A stretch of 64,000 nt of DNA from Desulfatiglandales bacterium (GTDB lineage Bacteria > Desulfobacterota > DSM-4660 > Desulfatiglandales > Desulfatiglandaceae), in NCBI GenBank assembly GCA_963666345.1, contig OY762721.1, positions 2,272,001 through 2,336,000 of the forward strand, written 5' to 3'. The notes under the pieces were generated by a model that did not search any database, had not been told where the DNA came from, and saw nothing but the letters and a program-made list of their open reading frames with translations. A program made the position numbers and the translations under genes. This document shows positions 8,712 to 16,597 of the stretch, in pieces (within the stretch, counting starts at the first letter, position 1; every line of letters starts with the position of its first letter).

Positions 8712-8945
8712 TCATATCCGCCCTGCCCGGCTTATCTTGTCTCCCACGGTGGTGCCGCAGAACCTGCAGCGGTATTCATACTTATCGCCTTCAGGAAGCA
8801 CGAGAAGCAGGACTTTTGTGACAGGGACAGCGCGGCCGCAGTTCGGGCAGTAAAGCTCTGTGGCCTCAAGCTCCCTGAACTGCTCTTGCGCCTCCCGGGG
8901 ATCGTGGCGAGCGGATTGAAATGGGTTAAAAGAAAAATCGTTCAT
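8712..8945 (-). CDS. small zinc-ribbon protein
   Basis: 77 aa with CPNC...CRFC cysteine pairs. Confidence 0.7.
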   Translation of the reverse strand: MNDFSFNPFQSARHDPREAQEQFRELEATELYCPNCGRAVPVTKVLLLVLPEGDKYEYRCRFCGTTVGDKISRAGRI

Positions 8946-9180
8946 TGCTAAAAACCTTTTTCTTAGTCTGCCGTTTGGATTGATATTTCAGATAACTTTC
9001 TCTAAACTCTATTATAAGGTGTAGCAGTTATCATCTGGAAATCGCTCATTTCCTTATGGACGTCCTTATGATATAGGAAAAAGTTGTCTGGTTGCAAGAT
9101 TTTATGATGATAACTGACGCATGTTGTTTCTGGACTTATGGAGCTTTTTTTTGATCTAATACGATTTTGATTTTCTTAAA

Positions 9181-9219
9181 TTTAGATCACTTTAGTCATT
9201 TTAGGCACTTTAGTTCACT
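9181..9219 (-). repeat. solo arm of the nonamer repeat family (AAAGTGACT-like)
   Basis: Reverse complement AGTGAACT AAAGTGCCT AAAATGACT AAAGTGATCT AAA; same units as 10491 and 15592. Confidence 0.7.
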
Positions 9220-9237
9220 CAATAAGGGGAGCTTTCC

Positions 9238-9642
9238 ATGAAAATAATGCACATTGATCATATCGGCATAGCCGTAAGATCGATTAGCGAGGCGGGCCGA
9301 TTTTACACCGATATCCTGGGTCTTGATATCGAAGAGACAGAAGAGATTCCGGAGCAGAAGGTGAGGGTCGGATTCATCCCGATCAGGGACAGCGAGGTGG
9401 AACTGCTGGAATCGACAGAGCCTGGCGGACCGGTGGCCAGATATATCGATGCGAGGGGCGAAGGGGTTCAACACATTGCCTTCAGGGTCGAGGACCTTGA
9501 CGAGGCAATAAAAGAACTCAAGGAAAAAGGGGTTCGTATGATTGATCAGGAACCGAGAAAAGGCGCCGGCGGAGCCAGAATAGCCTTTATTCATCCGAAG
9601 GAGACCCGCGGGATCCTGGTCGAACTCTGTGAAAGGGAGTAA
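9238..9642 (+). CDS. mce: methylmalonyl-CoA epimerase
   Basis: IDHIGIAV, EQKVRVGF, GEGVQHIAFRV, IAFIHPK..GILVELCE (VOC fold with metal ligands). Confidence 0.93.
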   Translation: MKIMHIDHIGIAVRSISEAGRFYTDILGLDIEETEEIPEQKVRVGFIPIRDSEVELLESTEPGGPVARYIDARGEGVQHIAFRVEDLDEAIKELKEKGVRMIDQEPRKGAGGARIAFIHPKETRGILVELCERE

Positions 9643-9676
9643 AGAGGCTCTTAACCCAAAAAAATATGTCCTGATT

Positions 9677-9892
9677 CTAAAAACGGTAGGTTATCAATCC
9701 ATGGCTGGTATCATAGGGGGAAACGCTTACCTGTACTTTATCTCCTACCATGACCTTTATTCGATTTTTCTTCATCCTGCCGGAAAGCACACCCGTTACG
9801 GTGATGTTGTTATCACACTGGATTTGCATATTGCCTCCGCCCAATACCTTGACTACCGATCCCTCTAATTGGATAAGATCTTCCCTGCTCAA
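9677..9892 (-). CDS. infA: translation initiation factor IF-1
   Basis: MSREDLIQLEG...SGRMKKNRIKVMVGDKVQVSVSPYD...GLITYR; TTG start after GGAAAGGA. Confidence 0.92.
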   Translation of the reverse strand: MSREDLIQLEGSVVKVLGGGNMQIQCDNNITVTGVLSGRMKKNRIKVMVGDKVQVSVSPYDTSHGLITYRF

Positions 9893-9968
9893 AACAGTCC
9901 TTTCCAGGCAACGCGCCTTTTAAAATTGATTAAATGATTTGGCTCTTCCCCAAATTAGCTGGAGAAGA

Positions 9969-10190
9969 GGATTCAAGGACCCAAGAGGTCAAGGATTCGA
10001 GGGTTTATTTGAAAATCTTGTCCTTATTTTATATTCCTTTGACCAGAGTTCCTATAACTTACTCCGGAGCTTAAGATCCTTGTACTTTTTCAGCAGTTCA
10101 CTTGAACCCTTGAAACTGGGAACCCGCTGCGAAGCTGTGGGACTGAGCGAAGCGTAAGCGGAGCAAAGAATCCCCGGCCCCTTAGCCCCT
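9969..10190 (-). mobile_element. miniature element B: inverted octamer arms, decayed four-helix-bundle 5' fragment, and a nested 53-bp insertion
   Basis: Arm GGATTCAA GGACCCAA GAGGTCAA GGATTCGA (9969-10000); arm TTGAACCC TTGAA[insert]GAATCC CCGGCCCC TTAGCCCC; minus-strand interior from 10096 reads LLKKYKDLKLRSKL*ELWSKEYKIRTRFSNK. Confidence 0.7.
10109..10173 (+). repeat. 65-bp exact repeat, copy 1 (53-bp insert plus GAA duplication and flanks)
   Basis: Identical to 12357-12421. Confidence 0.9.
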
Positions 10191-10291
10191 AAAAAAGATC
10201 ATGTTGCTCAGTCCTGTTTAAGACCAATCAATCGAGAGAATATGATCCGATGCTTTTTTTGCCCGCGCAAAAAAGTTGATTTTAAGTGGGT

Positions 10292-10319
10292 AACATACCA
10301 TTTTATTACCCAATGTCAA
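10292..10319 (-). promoter_or_regulatory. putative sigma70 promoter of infA
   Basis: Minus strand TTGACA-N16-TATGTT with extended -10 TG. Confidence 0.45.
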
Positions 10320-10490
10320 TAAAATGAATGCAAAAAACCTGATTCGCCTTGGCTCTATCGAGCTTCACCGAGGTGAACAAAGAAAAGAAGCGGCCTTTTA
10401 TTTTGAAAAATAATGTTATAGGATCAGTTCATTATGGAACCTTGCCTTCTGGGCAAGGCAGGGGAAAACTGGTCTGCCTGGATGGATCAG

Positions 10491-10599
10491 AAGTGACTAA
10501 AGTGTCTAAAATTTAAAGTGCCTAAAATGGTGGAGTCGCTTCGCTCCGCTATCTTTAAAAACAGCAGAAATCCTTAACTTCTGGCACTATAGGCATCTT
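10491..10599 (+). repeat. nonamer-arm miniature element with a GGAGTCGCTTCGCTCC core
   Basis: AAGTGACT AAAGTGTCT AAAATTT AAAGTGCCT AAAATGGTGGAGTCGCTTCGCTCCGC ... degenerate inverted arm AACTT CTGGCACTA TAGGCATCT. Confidence 0.65.
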
Positions 10600-10676
10600 G
10601 ACACCAGGCCCTCTTTGCGGCTTTCACGGGGCTTAAGCTGAATTGAAGAAAAACCTTAATCTTTAGGACATCTGCC

Positions 10677-11279
10677 GTGTATAAGGAAGAACCTTTCATT
10701 TCAGATATATCAGGGGTCGTTTTAACGGGCGGCAAGAGCAGTCGTTACGGGACAAACAAGGCGTATGTAAAGATATCAGGCACGCCCATGATCCTTAAGG
10801 TCATCAAGGTGATGAGAGAGCTTTTCAGACATATCGTTCTTATCACAAATGACCCTGATGAATACGCATCTCTTGGTTTTGACATGTATGAAGATATTAT
10901 CAAGGGGTTAGGGCCCCTGGGCGGGATATACACCGCCCTTCTGTCGATTGAAGGAGGTGCCGGTTTTTTTACCGCCTGCGATATGCCGTTTATCAAAAAA
11001 GACCTGGTTGAATATATGCTTGAGGTGGGTTCAGGCTTTGACGCCGTGGTTCCGAGGGTTGAAGACAAGACCGAACCCCTTCATGCCATTTACACCAAGG
11101 CATGTATCCCGGCCATAAAAGAGGTAATTGATAACGGTGAGTTTCAAGTCAACAGGATTTATCCCATGATATCAGTTAGATACGTGGAAATGGAGGAGAT
11201 AGCCAGGTTTGATCCCGGCTTTAACTCCTTTTTCAACATAAACAGACCTGATGATTTAAGGAAGGTGATCGATCCATGA
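10677..11279 (+). CDS. mobA: molybdenum cofactor guanylyltransferase
   Basis: GVVLTGGKSSRYGTNKA, GPLGGIYTAL, ACDMPF, EPLHAIY, FFNINRPDD. Confidence 0.92.
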   Translation: MYKEEPFISDISGVVLTGGKSSRYGTNKAYVKISGTPMILKVIKVMRELFRHIVLITNDPDEYASLGFDMYEDIIKGLGPLGGIYTALLSIEGGAGFFTACDMPFIKKDLVEYMLEVGSGFDAVVPRVEDKTEPLHAIYTKACIPAIKEVIDNGEFQVNRIYPMISVRYVEMEEIARFDPGFNSFFNINRPDDLRKVIDP

Positions 11280-12310
11280 CTGTCTTGATAGTCTCTGTCA
11301 GTCTTGCCATAGGCATATCAGCTGCCTGTTCTCTTATTGAAGCGGTTTTATATTCAGTGCCGCTGAGGCATATTGAAACCCTCGTAAAGGATGGGAAAAG
11401 AGGCGGACGGCTTTTTAAGGCAATGCGTGGTAACGTGGAAAGGCCCATTGCCGCCATCCTTTCTCTGAATACAATAGCAAATACAGCGGGCGCCGCTGTT
11501 GCCGGCTGGGCCGCTGCCGAGGTATTCGGGAATCAGTGGCTAGGCTATTTTTCAGCTTTTTTTACGCTTTCAGTGCTTCTGTTCTCCGAAATTCTGCCAA
11601 AGACCGCCGGCGTGGTTTACGGAAGAGCCCTTGTCCCGGTTGTCGCCTACTGCCTCAAGGCACTGGTATGGCTGATGACTCCGGCCATATGGCTGAGCAG
11701 CATGTTAACCAGGGTTATTTCAAGAGGCCGAAAAGAGGAGGCCATTACAAATGAAGAGATAAGAATAATGGCACAGCTCAGCATGAGGGCGGGGGGCATA
11801 ACCATTCATCAGGAGCAGGCCATCGAAAATGTCCTCACTCTTCAAAACAAGGCCGTAAAGGATGTCATGACTCCCAGAACGGTAATTTTTTCTCTTAACG
11901 AGGATATGACCCTGGAAGAGGCAAACCGGGCCTCTGCCAAGTGGGAACACAGCAGGTTCCCGGTTTACAGCAAAGACAGGGAAGACATAGTGGGAATTGT
12001 ATTGACAAAAGAGTTTTTTATTTCCCTTTCGCAGGGAAAGGGGGATATGAGATTGAGCCAACTTATGCGTCCCGTGCACTTCGTGGTTGAAACCGCGGGT
12101 CTTCCAGGGGTGCTGATGGAATTTCTTGAATCAAGGCAGCATCTCTTTGTCGTGCTTGATGAGTACGGGGGACTTTCAGGCCTTGTGTCGCTTGAAGACA
12201 TACTGGAGGAAATCCTGGGCAGAGAGATAATCGATGAATCCGATCAGGTAATCGACAAAAGGGCCCTGGCGCGTCAACGAAGGACGCGCCCGCTGTTTTC
12301 AGGAAAATAA
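11276..12310 (+). CDS. CNNM (DUF21) + CBS-domain membrane protein
   Basis: CSLIEAVLYS, AILSLNTIANT.GA, LFSEILPKT, VKDVMTPR, VVLDEYGG..GLVSLEDILEEILG.EI.DESD; ATGA overlap with mobA. Confidence 0.9.
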   Translation: MTVLIVSVSLAIGISAACSLIEAVLYSVPLRHIETLVKDGKRGGRLFKAMRGNVERPIAAILSLNTIANTAGAAVAGWAAAEVFGNQWLGYFSAFFTLSVLLFSEILPKTAGVVYGRALVPVVAYCLKALVWLMTPAIWLSSMLTRVISRGRKEEAITNEEIRIMAQLSMRAGGITIHQEQAIENVLTLQNKAVKDVMTPRTVIFSLNEDMTLEEANRASAKWEHSRFPVYSKDREDIVGIVLTKEFFISLSQGKGDMRLSQLMRPVHFVVETAGLPGVLMEFLESRQHLFVVLDEYGGLSGLVSLEDILEEILGREIIDESDQVIDKRALARQRRTRPLFSGK

Positions 12311-12347
12311 TTGTCCATAAATTATTTGGTCAATCCAGGATGTCTTT

Positions 12348-12438
12348 CACTTGGATCTTGAAACTGGGAACCCGCTGCGAAGCTGTGGGACTGAGCGAAG
12401 CGTAAGCGGAGCAAAGAATCCTTGGACCCTTGAACCCT
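12348..12438 (+). repeat. solo octamer arm containing copy 2 of the 65-bp repeat (12357-12421)
   Basis: CAC TTGGATC TTGAA[53 bp]GAATCC TTGGACCC TTGAACCC. Confidence 0.85.
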
Positions 12439-12466
12439 TTTACACAATGATGACAGGTCCTGCCGA

Positions 12467-13372
12467 GTGGAAAAAGAGGTCTTTGAAATTATAAATGAAA
12501 GGGGTCCGTTGACCGGATCTGAGCTTATTAAGGAGACCGGGCGGGACGGCATGAGCCTGTGGCGGACCTGCAGGCTTTCATCCCGGCTCCTGATAAAGAC
12601 CGTCGGGTGTGATTATCTGAGACTGGACAGAAGGGTAGACGGATTTGCCCGGTTGTCACCCTCAATTCTAAGGGGTTTTCTTACCTATTCGGTTGTCGGG
12701 ACTAAAAAGGACCCACTTCTGCTCGAGCAGAGGGCCGGGGAACTGAACGACCAGATCGAAACAATAAGCAGGTCCAAAATGGATATCTGCTACCGGTTGA
12801 TTTCCGCGATATCAGGGCAGATCGGCATCGGATCTTACTCTGATCTGCGGGCCTGTTTTTTCCTCGGGGGCGATATCGTTTATAACATGGCCCATGACGT
12901 GGAAAGGCCTGAGCGAAGTACGGGAAAAATGGTAAGGGGCTCTGATATGGATCTCGTTGTAGTCGCGGACGACCTTTTCCCGGAGGACCTGTTAAAAAGG
13001 CTTGATGATGCACTTTACCGTGAAAAATACAGGATACTTATTTCTCCATATATGAGAGAGGAACTGGATTACGTGGTAAAGAGGGTCGAAAAGGTAAGAA
13101 GGCAGGTCCTTTTCGATTCTTTCAGACATATGGTGGCCTGCAAGATACTCCAGGAGAGCAGACTTCTCAAGGGGGATGACCGGCTTTTCAGGGATATCAG
13201 GGAGCTGCTTAAAAAAAATGGTGTTTCAGACAGGCTGAAGGAGCTTGAAAAAAGGGCAAGGTCTTTTCGATCAAGGGCTGAGGAATATCTTCTCAAAGAA
13301 GGCCCGGAATGCGTCAAAGAGGACTGTCTCAATCTGTTTTATCCTTCGGAGGAATCAGAGGAATTTGAGTGA
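12467..13372 (+). CDS. hypothetical protein; probable N-terminal winged HTH and Pol-beta-superfamily nucleotidyltransferase-like domain
   Basis: EIINERGPLTGSELIKETG (wHTH-like); FLGGD...GSDMDLVVV and later ELDYVV acidic triad; GTG start. Confidence 0.6.
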   Translation: MEKEVFEIINERGPLTGSELIKETGRDGMSLWRTCRLSSRLLIKTVGCDYLRLDRRVDGFARLSPSILRGFLTYSVVGTKKDPLLLEQRAGELNDQIETISRSKMDICYRLISAISGQIGIGSYSDLRACFFLGGDIVYNMAHDVERPERSTGKMVRGSDMDLVVVADDLFPEDLLKRLDDALYREKYRILISPYMREELDYVVKRVEKVRRQVLFDSFRHMVACKILQESRLLKGDDRLFRDIRELLKKNGVSDRLKELEKRARSFRSRAEEYLLKEGPECVKEDCLNLFYPSEESEEFE

Positions 13373-13614
13373 ACCGGTTCTTATTTGTCGCTGACCTCTT
13401 GGCCTTGCTCAACCTTCACCCCTGCCTATTAGCGCTCCGGCGCCGGCACTCTTTCTTCGGCCTTATCTATTTCTTTCGGAAAAGTGGCCGCATTCACGGG
13501 CTTTTGCGAACATTACCTAAGCTGATAGGACACCCGGGAGGAAAGCCCTGTCTGCGGCCACTGCATATGCCTGTGGTATTTTTTTGTGAGATAAGGCCTG
13601 CAAAAGAGCCCCGG

Positions 13615-13699
13615 CACCTGCGCACGTACGTTAACATCGACTACCCTCCCCCTCGTGTACTTACAGAACCACCTGCGCCTGCGCTCGTACGTTAACATC
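13615..13699. repeat. imperfect direct repeat pair
   Basis: CACCTGCGCACGTACGTTAACATC (13615-13638) and CACCTGCGCCTGCGCTCGTACGTTAACATC (13670-13699). Confidence 0.65.
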
Positions 13700-13801
13700 C
13701 AGTGATATTAAAAATGGGCGTATGTATTTTTTTGAACAAAGAAAAAATTGACTCCCAAGTGTTAGTAAAACGCACCCTTGTTTATTCTCAGCCGTGAAAA
13801 G

Positions 13802-14668
13802 TCAGCCAAGTTCAATGTCCCGGTGGGTGAGTGTGACCTGAAGGCCTTTTTCTTCCAGATGGGATGAGATCTCCTGCGCGATGGTGACGGATCTGTGTTT
13901 TCCACCTGTGCAGCCGATGGCAATAGTGAGATAGGATTTACCCTCTTTTTCGTAAAGCGGGATAAGGTATTTCAAAAGCTCTGTGTAGCGAGTCAGAAAT
14001 TCCTTTGTCTGCGGCCATTTGCACACAAATTGTCTGACCCTGGCATCTTTTCCGTCGAGCGCCTTGAGCTGCGGCATGAAGTAGGGGTTCGGTATGAATC
14101 TTACATCTATCATCAGATCCGACTCGGGCGGCACACCGTACTTAAAGCCAAAGGAAAGCAGGGTTATCTTCATGCCTCCCTCTTTTTCGCAGATACCGGA
14201 CAGCCTTGAAATTTCCTCTTTTAACCGGTGAACGGAAAAATCGGACGTGTCGATTACATGGTCGGCCATGGCCTCAAGCTCTTTGAGCTGTGCCATTTCT
14301 TCCCTTATGCTTTCTCTTAGACTGCCGGCCATGGAAAGAGGATGCTGGCGCCTGGTCTGGCTGTAACGCTTGATAAGCGTTTCTTCGGAGGCCTTGAGAA
14401 ACAATATTTCCAGGTGATAGCCCTCTTGCCTGAGCCGGGTGAAAATCTCCCCATGTCTTTGGATAAATTCCTTTTCCCTCAGGTCCATTCCAAGGGCCAG
14501 TTTCTGAACTTCAGAGGCGGTTCCTGAGCGCAGCTCCAGGAATTTTGGCAGGAGCAGAACCGGCATGTTGTCGACACAGAAAAAACCTGCATCTTCAAGG
14601 GCGTCTATGGCGGAACTCTTGCCTGAGCCTGAAAACCCTGTGACAATTATAATATTTACCGCCTTCAT
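13802..14668 (-). CDS. rapZ: RNase adapter RapZ/YvcJ P-loop protein
   Basis: IIVTGFSGSGKS, LEDAGFFCVDN, SFGFKYGVP, DVRFIPNPY, IGCTGGKHRSV; start placed at ATG 14668. Confidence 0.95.
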   Translation of the reverse strand: MKAVNIIIVTGFSGSGKSSAIDALEDAGFFCVDNMPVLLLPKFLELRSGTASEVQKLALGMDLREKEFIQRHGEIFTRLRQEGYHLEILFLKASEETLIKRYSQTRRQHPLSMAGSLRESIREEMAQLKELEAMADHVIDTSDFSVHRLKEEISRLSGICEKEGGMKITLLSFGFKYGVPPESDLMIDVRFIPNPYFMPQLKALDGKDARVRQFVCKWPQTKEFLTRYTELLKYLIPLYEKEGKSYLTIAIGCTGGKHRSVTIAQEISSHLEEKGLQVTLTHRDIELG

Positions 14669-14726
14669 GAGGTATATCCTGAAAAGGAGAAGTGCACAGG
14701 CGATCAAGATGCCCCTGTCGCCCACA

Positions 14727-15521
14727 TTATGTCCTGTTTATGCTCCCTGAAACTGATGCGACCAGGCTGGTGTCCCTTATATGAACCGGAGACAGCCGGG
14801 AGTCCTTCTTTCTCAATTCGTTGAGCGCCTTTGTAACGTCCGGCCATTCACCATAATCATGCCACAGGATAACCCCGCCTTCTTTTCTCATAAGTTTCAT
14901 GGCGACTGAGGTGTCATTAACTACGTAATCATAACTGTGGGAGCCGTCTATAAACACAAGGTCGATTTTTCCATACCAGGGGGAAAAATCAAACGTTGCG
15001 GAATCGCCGTACAGTTGAGTGATCCTTTTAACGCAGGGGAGTTTGTTGTTGGGCGGGGTAAGAAACCTGTGGCCGATAGCGGAACGGGGTTTGTCAAAAT
15101 ATGGTTTGTCTTCAGGTGCCAGGTCAAAAACAGCTTTTTCATCAGAGGGGATATCCAGTGTGAACACCTCCCCTCCTGAATTAAGGGCAAGATTCAGGGT
15201 GGTCCTTCCGTCAAAGGTGCCTATTTCCATTACGCGCCGCGGCCTGAAAGTGGCGCATATTGCATTTATTATCGAAAGTTCAACAGGGCTGACGTTTCCG
15301 TCCGCGGTTTCAAGCTCGGCAAAGAGAGTGCCTGATGAACAGCATAACCTGTTCCACGGTACTTCAGGCAGTTCAAGCTCCACCCGCCTGGGTGGAAGAG
15401 GGTCCCTTAACTTAAGACAGATCCTGATTCTGCGGCTTAGGTCTCTGAGGTTATGGAAAAAGCGTCGAAGGGGAATATGAAGGCCGTACATCCATATCCT
15501 TGTCATAGACTGTTTAGGCAT
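14727..15521 (-). CDS. class I SAM-dependent methyltransferase (Methyltransf_24-like)
   Basis: VMEIGTFDGRTT, LYGDSATFDF, LVFIDGSHSYDYV.ND, ILWHDY; start uncertain. Confidence 0.85.
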   Translation of the reverse strand: MPKQSMTRIWMYGLHIPLRRFFHNLRDLSRRIRICLKLRDPLPPRRVELELPEVPWNRLCCSSGTLFAELETADGNVSPVELSIINAICATFRPRRVMEIGTFDGRTTLNLALNSGGEVFTLDIPSDEKAVFDLAPEDKPYFDKPRSAIGHRFLTPPNNKLPCVKRITQLYGDSATFDFSPWYGKIDLVFIDGSHSYDYVVNDTSVAMKLMRKEGGVILWHDYGEWPDVTKALNELRKKDSRLSPVHIRDTSLVASVSGSINRT

Positions 15522-15591
15522 AATTTGGCCTTTGTCTTTGAAGGGAGTTTCTCCCATAATAGAAATCCTGGTTTTCTGAGCCAAGTCGGGA

Positions 15592-15716
15592 AAAGTGACT
15601 AAAGTGACTAAAGTTGAAAATGACTAAAGTGACTAAAGTTGAAAATGACTAAAGTGACTAAAGTTGAAAATGACTAAAGTGACTAAAGTGACTAAAATGG
15701 CGGAGTCGCTTCGCTT
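15592..15716 (+). repeat. tandem higher-order repeat (25-bp unit = 9+9+7) ending in the GGAGTCGCTTCGCT core
   Basis: AAA(A/G)TGACT AAAGTGACT AAAGTTG x3, then three more nonamers and AAAATGGCGGAGTCGCTTCGCT. Confidence 0.9.
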
Positions 15717-15732
15717 CGAACCTGTACCTCTT

Positions 15733-16509
15733 TTAGGAGCCTGCCACAATGCCCGTATCCTCTTTGACAGAGCCCTCATCATCAAGAAAAACAACTCCTA
15801 TGCCCGCGCAGTTCTGATTGTAGTCTTCAACCAGTTCCATGCTTCTGTATTTTGGTTTTATTTCAGCCCAGAACCGGTCAACGCCGCATTTGTCAAGGAT
15901 ATCATGAAAGGCGATTATTCCTGGTTTTTTTACAAATTCATAATAGAGATGGAAATCGCTTTTGACCCCTTCGTAGGAGTGGTCTCCGTCAATAAACAGA
16001 AAATCTATACCCTTTCCCTCCAGCAACTCGCTTACCTTGTCCTTGCATCTTTGCGTGTGGGAATTTACAAGCAGAAAGTGAGGTTTCTGGGCCTTTGTAA
16101 AAAAAGAGCGGAAAAAACGGTTCAATGGCCTTCTGTAGGTCCGCGGAAGATCAATGCTTATCAAGGTACCTTCCGGTCTGACGGCCTTTGACCACATGTA
16201 AAGGGTCCCGCCTTTGTCCGTGCCGATTTCGCATATCGCTTCAGGCGCCCTTTCCTTGACCATCTCATAGAGCTTCATGATTTCCGTTTTCATCTGAACC
16301 GGTTTTATGCTCCGGTATAGGCCCAGGCCTTTAAATCCGTTTACCACCTCAAGGGGATGAATCCCGGTTTTTTCAAGGGCCTTCAGCCTTTTTCCGGACA
16401 GCCGGCGGAGAAGCCCCCCCAGGCAGAGGACTTCATAATATATGTCGCCCACTATTTCCTGATAGATCCTGTAGGGGCCGGGAAATTTGGTTCTGAAAAA
16501 TTTGCTCAT
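15733..16509 (-). CDS. class I SAM-dependent methyltransferase (Methyltransf_24-like)
   Basis: ICEIGTDKGGT, IDFLFIDGDHSYEGVKSDF, GIIAFHDI. Confidence 0.88.
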   Translation of the reverse strand: MSKFFRTKFPGPYRIYQEIVGDIYYEVLCLGGLLRRLSGKRLKALEKTGIHPLEVVNGFKGLGLYRSIKPVQMKTEIMKLYEMVKERAPEAICEIGTDKGGTLYMWSKAVRPEGTLISIDLPRTYRRPLNRFFRSFFTKAQKPHFLLVNSHTQRCKDKVSELLEGKGIDFLFIDGDHSYEGVKSDFHLYYEFVKKPGIIAFHDILDKCGVDRFWAEIKPKYRSMELVEDYNQNCAGIGVVFLDDEGSVKEDTGIVAGS

Positions 16510-16597
16510 TCCGTCAATCCAGATTCATGTTTTGGGTTATTCTACGATTCAGTCGGAGAAAAGGTCCGGTGTTCTGCCTTTTGCAAGGTATTTTTTG

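Noticed and set aside
9939..10157. 72-aa ORF (RGFKDPRGQGFE...), the 12322-12552 ORF and the 15664-16191 ORF (MKMTKVTKVTK...)
   Set aside because: They are translations of repeat arms or antisense shadows, not credible proteins.
10430..10676. Moco riboswitch upstream of mobA
   Set aside because: Hairpins exist (CCTTGCC/GGCAAGG) but I could not match the Moco RNA consensus; much of the region is a nonamer repeat element. An Rfam scan would settle it.
15592..15716. CRISPR array
   Set aside because: Units are contiguous with no unique spacers, and no cas genes are in the window; this is a tandem repeat.
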